Made by a program: the position numbers and the translations under genes
Notes under the pieces: generated by a model
The model's database searches: none
What the model saw: only the letters and a program-made list of their open reading frames with translations
What the model was told of the DNA's origin: nothing
From: Candidatus Aldehydirespirator sp.
GTDB lineage: Bacteria; Actinomycetota; Acidimicrobiia; Acidimicrobiales; Aldehydirespiratoraceae
Assembly: GCA_965205155.1 (NCBI GenBank)
Contig: OZ242033.1
Coordinates: 1,460,590 to 1,524,589 of the forward strand
Direction: 5' to 3'
DNA length: 64,000 nucleotides
Part shown: positions 18,578 to 27,866 of the stretch, one piece after another
Position numbering within the stretch: the stretch's first letter is position 1
How the letters are laid out: the number at the start of each line of letters is the position of its first letter

Positions 18578-19459
18578 CTAGGTGATCTTGAGGACCCGGG
18601 CCGCGTTCTCTCTCAGGAACTTGGGCCACACCGCGTCTCGGAAGCCGACGTTGGGCATCTCGGTCATGATGCGCTGCAGTGACAGGCCCATGGGGAAGTA
18701 GCCGGCGTACATGACCTTGTCGGTGCCCCGGGTGTTGGCGTAATCGATGACGGCCTTCGGGTAGTGCTTGGGCGCGAACGCCGAGGTCGAGTAGTGCAGG
18801 CCGGGCCATTTCAGCATCAGCTTCACGGCCAGGGCCTCCCAGGGCTCGCAGCCGTGGCGGGTGACCAGGGTCAGCTCGGGGAAGTCGTACATCACCCGGT
18901 CGAGGCGCTCCACGTGCTGGCAGTCCATGGGCAGCCGGGGGCCGGGCACGCCTGCGCACACGAAGATGGGGATGTCGAGCTCGCAGCAGACGGCGTACAC
19001 CGGGTACCACTTGGCGTCGTCGATGGGGATCTGCGGGAAGCACCCGGCCGGGAAGGTGCCCACCGCCCGGATGTCGTAGGCCTCCTTGCAGTGGCGGATC
19101 TTGCGCACCGCGCCCATCACGTCGTTGGCGTCGGCCTGGCAGGTGGCCACGAACCGGTCGGGGTGGTCGGCCAGAGCCTTGCGGTTCACCTCGCCCTCGC
19201 AGCCGATCAGGCCCCACTCGACGCCGTGGACGTCCATCTCACTCAGGGTGAGCGCGATGGGATCGTCCGCGCCGTACTTCTCCTTGGGCACGCCCTTGAA
19301 CATGTACTCCACCGGGAAGTCGAACTCGGCCGACTCGGAGTCCTTGAGCTGCTTGCGGATGAACTCGTAGTGCTCGAAGTCCTTGGCGGGGAAGCCGATC
19401 ATCGTGTCGACGATCCCCACATCGGTCGGCATTGGCATGGTGTCGGCTCCGTTCGTCAT
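18578..19459 (-). CDS. amidohydrolase-2 family protein
   Basis: Real start is MTNGADTMPMPTDVGIVDTMIGFP at 19459. TIM-barrel hydrolase-like blocks include VGTFPAG, IPIFVCAGVPGP and VTRHGCEPW. The 775-aa track ORF is an upstream read-through artefact. Confidence 0.65.
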   Translation of the reverse strand: MTNGADTMPMPTDVGIVDTMIGFPAKDFEHYEFIRKQLKDSESAEFDFPVEYMFKGVPKEKYGADDPIALTLSEMDVHGVEWGLIGCEGEVNRKALADHPDRFVATCQADANDVMGAVRKIRHCKEAYDIRAVGTFPAGCFPQIPIDDAKWYPVYAVCCELDIPIFVCAGVPGPRLPMDCQHVERLDRVMYDFPELTLVTRHGCEPWEALAVKLMLKWPGLHYSTSAFAPKHYPKAVIDYANTRGTDKVMYAGYFPMGLSLQRIMTEMPNVGFRDAVWPKFLRENAARVLKIT

Positions 19460-19491
19460 GGGCCTGGCTCGTTCGCCGGCCCGCTCGGCCT

Positions 19492-20718
19492 CTAGTTGCG
19501 GGGCACGTCGCGCCAGGGAATCTCCTTGTCCACCCTGGGCTCGCCGGGCAGGCCCAGGACCTGCTCGCCGAGGATGTTGCGCATGATCTCGCTCGTGCCG
19601 CCCTCGATGGAGTTGGCCCGGGACCGCAGGAAGCCGTGGTGGGTGTCGCCGAACTTGCCGTCGAGCGAGATCGCCGTGGGCCGGCGGAACCCGTAGTCGT
19701 AGTCCACCATCGCCGCGGGGCCCTCGAGGTCGAGGACCTTCGATGTGAGCTCCTTGTTGAACTCGGCCAGCATCAGCTTGCTCACCGACCCCTCCGGTCC
19801 GGGGTTGCCGGCCCGGGCGTTCTGGAAGGCCCGGACGTTGGTGAGCCGCAGAGCCTCGCCCCGCACCCACAGCTGCATCACCTCGTCGCGGTGGGCCTTG
19901 GTGCGCACCGACGGGTCCATGTTGCGGTAGGCCTCCAGCAGGTTGCCCAGCGGTCCCTCGCGACCAGTGGTGGCGCCGCCCACCGCGCCGCCGATGGCGG
20001 TGCGCTCGTTCATCAGCGTGGTGAGCGAGACGCGCCACCCCTCGCCGACCGCACCGATCCGGGCCGTGTCGGGCACCCGCACGTCGGTCATGTACACCTC
20101 GTTGAACTCGGCTTCGCCGGTGATCTGGCGCAGGGGCCGCACCTCCACGCCCGGTGCTCGCATGTCGAGCGCGAAGTAGGTCAGCCCCTTGTGCTTGGGC
20201 AGTTCCGGGTTGGAGCGGGCCACCAGCATTCCCAGGTCGGCGACATGGGCCAGCGTGTTCCACACCTTCTGGCCGTTCACCACCCACTCGTCGCCGTCGC
20301 GCTCGGCCCGGGTGCCCAGCCCCGCGAAGTCCGAGCCGGAGCCGGGCTCGCTGAACAGCTGGCACCAGCGCTCCTCCCCGGTGAACAGGGGCCTCAGGTA
20401 GCGGCGCTTCTGCTCGTCGGTGCCGTGGGTGAGGATGGTCGGGCCGATCAGCATCATGAAGAACGTGGAGGGGTCGGCGGGCTGGGCGCCCGCGGCCCGC
20501 AGCCGCCGATCGACCGCTCGCTGGAGCCGGCGGGACAGGCCGAGCCCGCCGAAGCCCGGCGGGTGGTGCACCCAGGCCAGGCCGGCGTCGTACTGGTGGC
20601 CCCGGAACTCGATGTGGCTCTCGGTGGCGGGGTCGTGATCGGCCAGCAAGGCATCGACGGCCTCGTCGGCGACGCGGGTCTGCTCGTCGGTGTCGGCCGG
20701 TGCTTGGATGGCTGTCAT
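19492..20718 (-). CDS. acyl-CoA dehydrogenase
   Basis: CQLFSEPGSGSDFAGLGTRAERDGDEWVVNGQKVWNT and the C-terminal IEGGTSEIMRNILGE motif. The true start is MTAIQAP at 20718. Confidence 0.85.
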   Translation of the reverse strand: MTAIQAPADTDEQTRVADEAVDALLADHDPATESHIEFRGHQYDAGLAWVHHPPGFGGLGLSRRLQRAVDRRLRAAGAQPADPSTFFMMLIGPTILTHGTDEQKRRYLRPLFTGEERWCQLFSEPGSGSDFAGLGTRAERDGDEWVVNGQKVWNTLAHVADLGMLVARSNPELPKHKGLTYFALDMRAPGVEVRPLRQITGEAEFNEVYMTDVRVPDTARIGAVGEGWRVSLTTLMNERTAIGGAVGGATTGREGPLGNLLEAYRNMDPSVRTKAHRDEVMQLWVRGEALRLTNVRAFQNARAGNPGPEGSVSKLMLAEFNKELTSKVLDLEGPAAMVDYDYGFRRPTAISLDGKFGDTHHGFLRSRANSIEGGTSEIMRNILGEQVLGLPGEPRVDKEIPWRDVPRN

Positions 20719-20775
20719 GGTGCGATTCTCCGGTGGACGTTGCGGTTGCAGGCGGGTCGGCGTCATGCTTGGACC

Positions 20776-21573
20776 ATGCATTCTTACTCCCGCCAATCCC
20801 TGATCGACACCACTGAGGCCTGTTTCGCCGAGATTTCGGCGCTGTGTGCCGACCTCTCCGACGAGGAGTGGACCGTGCAGTCGCTGTGCCCCGACTGGAC
20901 GGCACGCCAGGCCATCGGCCATGCCGTCGGGGTAGAGGATGTGATCTCCGGATGGGAGATCAGCACCGACGACATGCCGCCGTTCGAGAAGATGGTGGCC
21001 CTCACCGGAGCGTCCGCAGGAATGTCGTCGGCCGAGTTCGGCGCCAGGGTGGCCGAGATCTTCGACGCTCGCCGGTCGGACCTGGCCGCGCTGAGCGACG
21101 AGGACATCGGGAGCCAGTCGTGGACGCCGGTGGGGGTGCAGAGCTACGGGGGCTTCCTGGCCATCCGCATCTTCGACATGTGGGTCCACGTGCGCGACTG
21201 CACCATCCCGCTGGGGCGGGCCACCGACGACAGCGGTCCCGCGGCCGAGATCGCCTTCGATCAGGTGGAGCGCTCGATCGGCTACATCATGGGCAAACGG
21301 GTCGGCCTGCCCGACGGCATGAGCCTCAGGGCCGACATCACCGGTCCGGTGCAGCGCCAGATCGCGGTGGCGGTGGACGGCCGGGCCAAGGCCGTGGATC
21401 CCGGGTCGCTGGATTCGCCCGACGTGGTGCTCACCGCCGACTCGCTGACCTTCATCATGCTGGCCTGCGGGCGCATCGACCCCCAGTCCAAGATCGACGA
21501 CGGCTCGATCTCCTGGAGCGGCGACGCCCACTGGGGCGAGCACGCGGCCCGCAGCCTCCGCTTCACAATGTGA
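20776..21573 (+). CDS. DinB-like / mycothiol-dependent maleylpyruvate-isomerase N-terminal-domain family protein
   Basis: LSDEEWTVQSLCPDWTARQAIGHAVG resembles the actinobacterial TIGR03083-type N-terminus. This is from memory only. Confidence 0.5.
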   Translation: MHSYSRQSLIDTTEACFAEISALCADLSDEEWTVQSLCPDWTARQAIGHAVGVEDVISGWEISTDDMPPFEKMVALTGASAGMSSAEFGARVAEIFDARRSDLAALSDEDIGSQSWTPVGVQSYGGFLAIRIFDMWVHVRDCTIPLGRATDDSGPAAEIAFDQVERSIGYIMGKRVGLPDGMSLRADITGPVQRQIAVAVDGRAKAVDPGSLDSPDVVLTADSLTFIMLACGRIDPQSKIDDGSISWSGDAHWGEHAARSLRFTM

Positions 21574-21651
21574 TGACCCCAAGGACGTTCTGTGTGCGCC
21601 TATTGGCCGTATGGGCGGTCATGCGCACACAGAGTGCATGGCATTGGTGAG

Positions 21652-23487
21652 ATGACATCTGGGGGTTGGAAAGCGGCCGGCAGTGATGACTGGCTGGCCG
21701 AGGTCGAGCGGACCCTGCGGGGCCGGGACCTCGCCGATCTGATCAGCACCACCCGCGACGGCCTCGAAATACAGGCGCTGTACACCCAGAGCCCTGACCG
21801 GCCCGCGGCGGTGGGGGCGGCCGCGCCCGAGGATCGGCGCGCGCGGGGCTGGGACATCCGCCAGCGTCACAGGGTCACGGCGACTGACAGCGACTTCAGG
21901 GCAACCCAGCACGAGATCGAGCAGGATTTGGCGGGCGGCGTCGCCTCCGTGGAGCTTGATGTCCCCGCAGGCGTTGATGTAGATGCACTCGACGCTGTGC
22001 TTCAGGGTGTCGACCTGGCGTCGACGCCGGTGGCGCTGGCGCCTCACGCCGATGTGGCGGTGGCCGAGGCCCTCGTTGCTGTGGCGGAGCGGCGGGGCGG
22101 GATGCTCGCGTCCGGAAGCAGTCTCGGCCTCGATCCGGTTGGGGAGTGGGCCCGTGCGGGCCGTATAGCCGACCTGGCCCACGCGGCCGGCTGGGCCGCG
22201 CAGGCGGCGGAGTCCGGCTCGGCTTCGCCCGGCGTCCGGGTGTTCGCCGTTGACGCGGTTCGCTACGCCGACGCGGGCGCGACCGAGGTGCAGACCCTGG
22301 GCTGGGCGACGGCTACCGGGGTCGCCTACCTGCGTGCGCTGGCAGGGGCGGGGATCCCGGTGGATGCGGCGGCCGGGCTGATCGGATTCTGCCTGCCGGC
22401 CAACGCCGACCAGTTCGTGACCATCGCCGCGCTGCGAGCAGCCCGGGTGATGTGGGCGCGGGTGGTGACGGCCAGCGGCGGCTCGCAGGAGGCAGCCCGC
22501 CAATACCAGCACGCGGTCACCGCAATCCACACGTACAGCCGGCGCGATCCGTGGGTCAACCTGCTGCGGGGCTCCGTGGCCGCGCTGGCCGCGGGCGTGG
22601 CCGGCGCCGACGCCGTGACCGTGCTGCCCTTCGATCTTGTGTCGGGAACGGTCGACTCCGACGGCACTCTGGGGCGCCGGCTGGCCCGCAACACCCAGCT
22701 GCTGCTGCTGGAGGAGTCTCATCTGGCTCGATCGTCGGACCCGGCAGGCGGGTCGTTCTACGTGGAGTCGCTCACGGAGGAACTGGCCTCGGGGGGATGG
22801 AGGGTGCTGCAAGAAGTCGAGGCGTCCGGCGGGATCGAGGCCGCCATCGACAGCGGAGTGTTGGCTGCCGCCATCGACGAGAGCTGGTGGTCCCGGCTGG
22901 GAGCGCTGCGGACCCGGAGCGAGCCACTGACCGGTGTCAGCGAGTTCCCGCTACTGGACGAGCCCGCTCCGAGGATTCTTGCCGACCCCAACGCGACCCC
23001 GCCTGGAGCGGGCCTGCCGATCAGGCGCTTGGCCGAGCCCTTCGAGGACCTGCGCGACGCCGCCGACCGCCATCGAGCCGCCAATGGCGACCGGCCCGCG
23101 GTGTGGGTGGCGTCCCTGGGGTCGACCGCGGAACACTCGGCCCGCACCGCCTGGGCACAGAACCTGCTGGCCGCGGGCGGCATCGAGGCCCGGGGCGCCG
23201 CCGGTGTGGACTCGCCCATCGCGGCGGCGGCAGACTTCGCGGCGTCGGGCCTGACTGTGGCGGTCATCACCGGCAGCGACGACATGTACCGCCTGCGGGG
23301 CGCGGCCACTGCTAGTGCCCTGGCCGAAGCCGGAGCGGCCTTCCTGGCCCTGGTCTGCGACTCCGGCACGCCCGCCGAGCTGCTCTCAGAGCTGGAGTCA
23401 TCCGGCATCGACGAGGCCTGGCACGACGGCATCGACGCCGCAGCCGCGCTGGAACGCCTCCACGCAGTCCTCGGCGTCACTTGGTGA
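21652..23487 (+). CDS. mutA: methylmalonyl-CoA mutase small-subunit-like protein (MutA type, lacks the B12 His-loop)
   Basis: The N-terminus W..AGSDDWLAEVERTLRGRDLADLISTTRDGLEIQALYT is MCM-like. The C-terminal Rossmann-like VAVITGSDDMY segment lacks the DxHxxG cobalamin ligand motif. No large subunit gene is adjacent. Confidence 0.6.
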   Translation: MTSGGWKAAGSDDWLAEVERTLRGRDLADLISTTRDGLEIQALYTQSPDRPAAVGAAAPEDRRARGWDIRQRHRVTATDSDFRATQHEIEQDLAGGVASVELDVPAGVDVDALDAVLQGVDLASTPVALAPHADVAVAEALVAVAERRGGMLASGSSLGLDPVGEWARAGRIADLAHAAGWAAQAAESGSASPGVRVFAVDAVRYADAGATEVQTLGWATATGVAYLRALAGAGIPVDAAAGLIGFCLPANADQFVTIAALRAARVMWARVVTASGGSQEAARQYQHAVTAIHTYSRRDPWVNLLRGSVAALAAGVAGADAVTVLPFDLVSGTVDSDGTLGRRLARNTQLLLLEESHLARSSDPAGGSFYVESLTEELASGGWRVLQEVEASGGIEAAIDSGVLAAAIDESWWSRLGALRTRSEPLTGVSEFPLLDEPAPRILADPNATPPGAGLPIRRLAEPFEDLRDAADRHRAANGDRPAVWVASLGSTAEHSARTAWAQNLLAAGGIEARGAAGVDSPIAAAADFAASGLTVAVITGSDDMYRLRGAATASALAEAGAAFLALVCDSGTPAELLSELESSGIDEAWHDGIDAAAALERLHAVLGVTW

Positions 23488-23681
23488 TCAGGCCTGCCGC
23501 CGACTGCGGCCTGTTTCCCAGAATCGGGACGCGGATCCGGCGCTGTTCGATCCTCGGAGCGAGATAGGTCCTCCGCTGTTTCGATTGGTTTGCCCCATTC
23601 GCATCAGGTGGTCCCTTCAATCGTCCGTCACTATGGTTGCCCGCTAAGTGACAGCGACCTCCCAGCCAGTCGAGGTGAGCC

Positions 23682-25439
23682 ATGAACTCTCAGCGGGATG
23701 ACCCAGTTCGGATCAGCGACGTTACGGAGCGCCTCACCTCCACGGGTCGTGTGTCGGGCTATCAGATCGAGGTTTGGCACGACGGCCTCAATGAGCATCG
23801 TGTCTTGAGCGATCGTGACCTAGGCGTACTGCAGAACAAGCTCGATGCCCACCTCTCACGTTGGGACGAGAAGTACGAGAAGCGCCTTGAGCGAGAAGCA
23901 CGCGAGGCGCAGCGACAATCGGGTCTCGAGACGGCTGAGGTGGTGACGGAGGAAGCTCAAGCGGCATTGCAAGCCTGCCGGGACATTCTGCAACACACGC
24001 TTGGCGTGGACGACCGGTTGGACTGGGAGGCGCTTAAGAGCCGGGCACCGATGACTCGTGAGCCGAAGGGGACGGACGGTATCGAATACGATGAGCGAAC
24101 CGGCAGGCCTGTCGCCTACGACCCGGCTCCTCCACCCCGAGGTACGGTTCCCGTCTATTCGCCGCCGAAGCTGGGTCTATTGGATCGTCTCTCGTCTGCT
24201 AGGCGGAGCCGCAAGGAGGAGGAAGCTCGAGCTTTGCATGACCAGGCGCTCCAGCGGTGGCAGGACAAGCTGGACGAGGTTGCTCGCCTAGACGCGGCGC
24301 TCCAAGAGACCCTTGCTTTGGAGCAGCAAGAGTGGGAAGCAGAAGAGGGTGAGTACAAGAAGCGCCAAGAGGCATCCAATACTGCGGTCGACGCCCTGAG
24401 GCTCAGCTACGAGCAATGGGAGGGCGAGGACGGTCGAGCAATAGAGGAGCATGCTGAGATCGTCTTGAACGCATCTGAGTATCCAGACTGGATCGCTATC
24501 GACTTTGAGCTCGGGTACAACCGAGAGACAAGGACGATGGTCGTCGAGTACCAACTGCCCCTGGAGGAGTCAATGCCGTCCGTCAAGGGGGTTACCTACG
24601 TACAGAGCCGAGGGGAGTTGAAGCGCAGCTACATCTCAGCGCGCGAGAAAGCGGCTCTGTACGAGAGTGTGCTTCACCAAGTCGCCCTAAGGACGATTCA
24701 TGAGTTGTACGAAGCAGACGAAGCGGGCGCCTTCGATGCGGTCGTGTTCAACGGTTGGGTTGATAGCGTCGACCCCGCAACGGGGAATCGCAGCGAGAGT
24801 TGCATCATGTCAGTGCAGGCCCGCCGTGAGGAGTTCCTCGAATTGAACCTGGCACAGGTTGAACCGCGAGCGTGCTACCGAACGCTGAAGGGTGTCTCGG
24901 CTGCCAAGCTCGCGACTCTCACTCCGGTACAGCCGATTCTTCGACTGGATACGGGCGACAGACGATTCGTCGAGGCACGGGACATCGCCAAGGATCTCTC
25001 GGCCGAGATGAACTTGGCGACCATGGACTGGGAGAGCTTTGAGCACCTAGTACGAGAGATTTTCGAGCAGGAGTTCGTTTCGGAGGGCGGTGAGGTCAAG
25101 GTCACGCAGGCAAGCCGAGACGGCGGCGTGGACGCAATCGCCTTTGACCCGGACCCGATCCGCGGCGGCAAGTACGTGATCCAAGCGAAGCGCTACACGC
25201 GAACTGTCGGCGTTACTGCCGTTCGTGACCTGTACGGCACGGTCCTGCATGAGGGAGCTGACCGTGGAATCCTGGTCACGACCGCGGACTACGGGGCCGA
25301 CTCCGTTAGCTTCGCGAGCGACAAGCCCCTGACGCTGATCAACGGAGCCCAGCTCTTGTCACTACTTGAGAAGCACGGGCACCGGGCGCGGATTGACATA
25401 GCGGAAGCTAGGGCTCTCCAGGCCGATCAAGGCCCGTAA
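23682..25439 (+). CDS. Mrr-type (PD-(D/E)xK) restriction-endonuclease-domain protein with long coiled-coil N-terminal region
   Basis: The C-terminal 130 aa, WESFEHLVREIFEQ...SRDGGVDAIAF...KYVIQAKRY...VRDLYG...GILVTTADY, match the Mrr_cat pattern. The N-terminal 430 aa are E/R/Q-rich coiled coil of unknown family. ATG follows GAGGTGAG. Confidence 0.75.
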   Translation: MNSQRDDPVRISDVTERLTSTGRVSGYQIEVWHDGLNEHRVLSDRDLGVLQNKLDAHLSRWDEKYEKRLEREAREAQRQSGLETAEVVTEEAQAALQACRDILQHTLGVDDRLDWEALKSRAPMTREPKGTDGIEYDERTGRPVAYDPAPPPRGTVPVYSPPKLGLLDRLSSARRSRKEEEARALHDQALQRWQDKLDEVARLDAALQETLALEQQEWEAEEGEYKKRQEASNTAVDALRLSYEQWEGEDGRAIEEHAEIVLNASEYPDWIAIDFELGYNRETRTMVVEYQLPLEESMPSVKGVTYVQSRGELKRSYISAREKAALYESVLHQVALRTIHELYEADEAGAFDAVVFNGWVDSVDPATGNRSESCIMSVQARREEFLELNLAQVEPRACYRTLKGVSAAKLATLTPVQPILRLDTGDRRFVEARDIAKDLSAEMNLATMDWESFEHLVREIFEQEFVSEGGEVKVTQASRDGGVDAIAFDPDPIRGGKYVIQAKRYTRTVGVTAVRDLYGTVLHEGADRGILVTTADYGADSVSFASDKPLTLINGAQLLSLLEKHGHRARIDIAEARALQADQGP

Positions 25440-25529
25440 GGCACTGCGCTGATCCGGTGACGGACCATCAACCCGAGGTTTGCCCTTCACTCCAAGCGTG
25501 ATTGAACGAGATGGACCCACCTTGCAGCG

Positions 25530-26339
25530 TCAGAGCACTGCTAGCAGGTCTGACACTAGAGCGGCGAACGATGCGGCGACGGTGTCGGGGTCGGCGGTTG
25601 GCCCGGCGGCCCGCACGGCCATGGCGACTCCCGTTGCCTGCTGGTTGCCGAAGAGCGGATTGAGGTGCTCAATGGCTTCGGCTGTGACATCGGCGCTCAA
25701 CTCATGGGTTCCGAGATGATCCAGGCGGCTGGCTAGGTGGGTGGTGTCGGTGGCCTGGAACAGGCGAAGCACATCGAGAGCGTCCTTGTCGCTGATGCGG
25801 TCGTTGGCATCGGCGCGTTCGGCGATCTTGTGAACCTTGGCGACCGTGAGCGCGCCCGGACCGGCCACATGCATCGTGACGCTACGGCTGTCGGATGGGT
25901 CGAGAGACCGGACCTTCATCGCTTCTCGGTCAACTAACGCGGCTTCAAGCCCCTTGGCCCGACGGGCTACGCGCTTGCCGTGCGGGCCGAGACGAGCGCC
26001 GCGAGATCCGGGCCCGGCCAGCGCGTCGGGCACCATGAGATCGACATAGACGTCGTCGGGACTGACCCAACTGCCGGGGTGCTCGCGGAGTGTGAAGCCG
26101 CTTCGGATCAACAGGCCACCTAGCCGAGGCGAGTCGGCGAGATCGGTCGGGGAGATGGCGAGGTCGGCGTCGGTTGTGTAGGGCGCCGCAGCGTCGAACA
26201 GATCGGCCTCGCCGGTGTGGACGTAGACGGCCTGAGCGCCGACGAGAACGACTGAGTCGAGATGTGCGGCAATGGCGTCGGCTGCATCCAGGAGGGCGCT
26301 GCGTGCGCGGACGTACTCAGAGTTCGGATCGCCAGGCAT
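25530..26339 (-). CDS. nucleotidyltransferase-fold protein, AbiEii-like toxin candidate
   Basis: The start MPGDPNSEY (ATG at 26339) overlaps the upstream gene by 23 nt. VLVGAQAVYVHTGE...TTDADLAI resembles the NTase G-x-x...D-x-D core. The pairing with an AbiEi-like gene supports the call. Confidence 0.5.
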   Translation of the reverse strand: MPGDPNSEYVRARSALLDAADAIAAHLDSVVLVGAQAVYVHTGEADLFDAAAPYTTDADLAISPTDLADSPRLGGLLIRSGFTLREHPGSWVSPDDVYVDLMVPDALAGPGSRGARLGPHGKRVARRAKGLEAALVDREAMKVRSLDPSDSRSVTMHVAGPGALTVAKVHKIAERADANDRISDKDALDVLRLFQATDTTHLASRLDHLGTHELSADVTAEAIEHLNPLFGNQQATGVAMAVRAAGPTADPDTVAASFAALVSDLLAVL

Positions 26340-27399
26340 CTTCGTTGTCCTGCATCCAGCGAAGCAGATCCTCGCCTTGTGGGGGCTCCCTCCCCGGTCC
26401 TGTGAGCAGGTCGACAGCAAGTTGGCTGGGGGCGACGCATCGCAGACCATCGCGCGTGATGCATCGGTCGAAAACGACAGGATCGAACGGCTCAAGCAAC
26501 ACGACATTCGCGCCCGCGTCGGTGTCACGGAGCCCGAGCGCGCTGGCGGCACCATACGCATCGTCCACGTAGAGTGCCGCGACTCTGGCTGGCGCGATCG
26601 GATCGAAGCGTTGCGCCGCGAACGCTCCCGTCGCGGCGTAGCGGAGTTCAGACTGCGTGAGCGCTCTCTCCAGCGCCGGAATGCCGCGAGGCTCCAGGTA
26701 GGTCGTCGCGGTATTCGAGTTCGTCTGGTCATAGTCCTGGGACCACCTTCGGATGGCGGCCTGCCAATCCACCTTCGGCACCGGACCCCGCGGTTCACGG
26801 ACGACGACATCGTCTCGTTCCATCAACTCCAGCACACGCGAAATCGTGGCCGCCGACGTTCCGGTGGCTGCGGCCAGTTCCCGAACGCCGAACGGCGGCG
26901 CTCTGTCTATGATCGCTCTGACGGCACGCGCCGCTCCTCGGCCTCGAAGCGACTGCAGTTCGTCGTTCTGGGGCCACGGATCCCGGTCGGCTCCCGACGT
27001 AGAGATGAACAATCCCGGCTCTGATACTTCGATCCGGACGTTGCCTGTGGTGTCGACGTGCCCGGCTCCGAGTTCCGTCAGCAACTCGCGCGACCGAGGA
27101 GACAGATAGGACGTGGCTACTACCGGCGTGGCGGCTGGCCTCGCGCGGTTAGCCCGCAACGAGATGCGTGAGACAACGCGCCCCACGTCGCGGGGCTCGA
27201 TCCTGCGCTTGATCTCGACCGCGAGGCGGGCGTCATTACCGCTCGGGGAGGCGATGTCAACTAACAGGCCAATTGGGCCCCGTTGACCGGCAACGATGTG
27301 CTTAGGCTGTAGCGCCCAGCCCGAAGGCAGTCGCTCGGCCAGCAACTGCGCGACCCGGCGAGCGATGAGGCGCTCACTAGGCAAACGATCATTCGGCAT
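26317..27399 (-). CDS. AbiEi-like wHTH antitoxin/regulator with an N-terminal PD-(D/E)xK-like extension
   Basis: Central wHTH is VRELAAATGTSAATISRVLELMERDDVV. The C-terminal LAVDLLTGPGREPPQGEDLLRWM is like AbiEi C-termini. The N-terminal LLVDIAS...LAVEIKRR resembles a D...ExK nuclease core. Confidence 0.5.
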   Translation of the reverse strand: MPNDRLPSERLIARRVAQLLAERLPSGWALQPKHIVAGQRGPIGLLVDIASPSGNDARLAVEIKRRIEPRDVGRVVSRISLRANRARPAATPVVATSYLSPRSRELLTELGAGHVDTTGNVRIEVSEPGLFISTSGADRDPWPQNDELQSLRGRGAARAVRAIIDRAPPFGVRELAAATGTSAATISRVLELMERDDVVVREPRGPVPKVDWQAAIRRWSQDYDQTNSNTATTYLEPRGIPALERALTQSELRYAATGAFAAQRFDPIAPARVAALYVDDAYGAASALGLRDTDAGANVVLLEPFDPVVFDRCITRDGLRCVAPSQLAVDLLTGPGREPPQGEDLLRWMQDNEDAWRSEL

Positions 27400-27611
27400 T
27401 GACAACCCTTGGACTCGGCGATCATTGATGACTCAGATACCCTACTGTTTCGGCATTAGTGAAACAACCTCTATTCTGAGACATCTGGCCAGCGTGCCCC
27501 TATTGCGATGGGCATGCGGTCCCGGCGGGGGCCCGCGAGTTCGGTGGCAACGGTGAGTCGTCGTCTCCAGGTCGTCTACCGATTCGCATACCATAATGGT
27601 AGACTCTGGCT

Positions 27612-27866
27612 ATGGTCACCCAGCAGGTCGCTGTCCGGCTGCCCGAGCCGCTTCTTGCGAGTCTCGACGAGCTTGTCGCGAGTGGCGCGTATGAGAGCCG
27701 AGCGGCGGTCGTCCGAGCCGGGATAGAGGCCATCGCAAGGCTTGAGCGGGAACGCCGGATCGACCGGGCCATCGTCGACGGCTACACACGCCTGCCGCCG
27801 ACCGAGGCCGAAAACCGAGCCGCTATTGTCTCGTTGAGCGAAGCGATCCACGACGAGCCGTGGTGA
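27612..27866 (+). CDS. ribbon-helix-helix (CopG/MazE-like) antitoxin
   Basis: 84 aa. The N-terminal QVAVRLPEPLLASLDELV is a typical RHH beta-strand/helix. Its stop overlaps the MazF-like start (GTGGTGA). A palindrome ACCAT-A-ATGGT at 27590-27600 lies just upstream. Confidence 0.75.
   Translation: MVTQQVAVRLPEPLLASLDELVASGAYESRAAVVRAGIEAIARLERERRIDRAIVDGYTRLPPTEAENRAAIVSLSEAIHDEPW

Noticed and set aside
18578-21582. 775-aa and 696-aa minus-strand ORFs suggesting very large proteins
   Set aside because: Each is a real gene (amidohydrolase 18578-19459; acyl-CoA dehydrogenase 19492-20718) with a long upstream open extension in Arg/Pro/Gly-rich sequence that overlaps other genes. Internal ATGs with proper N-terminal family motifs were used instead.
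23488-23681. tRNA or att site at the left edge of island 1 (a GTTCGATCC-like string at about 23553)
   Set aside because: The flanking bases cannot form a T-stem, and no acceptor or anticodon arms are evident. No matching direct repeat was found at the right edge (30150-30511). No integrase is present.
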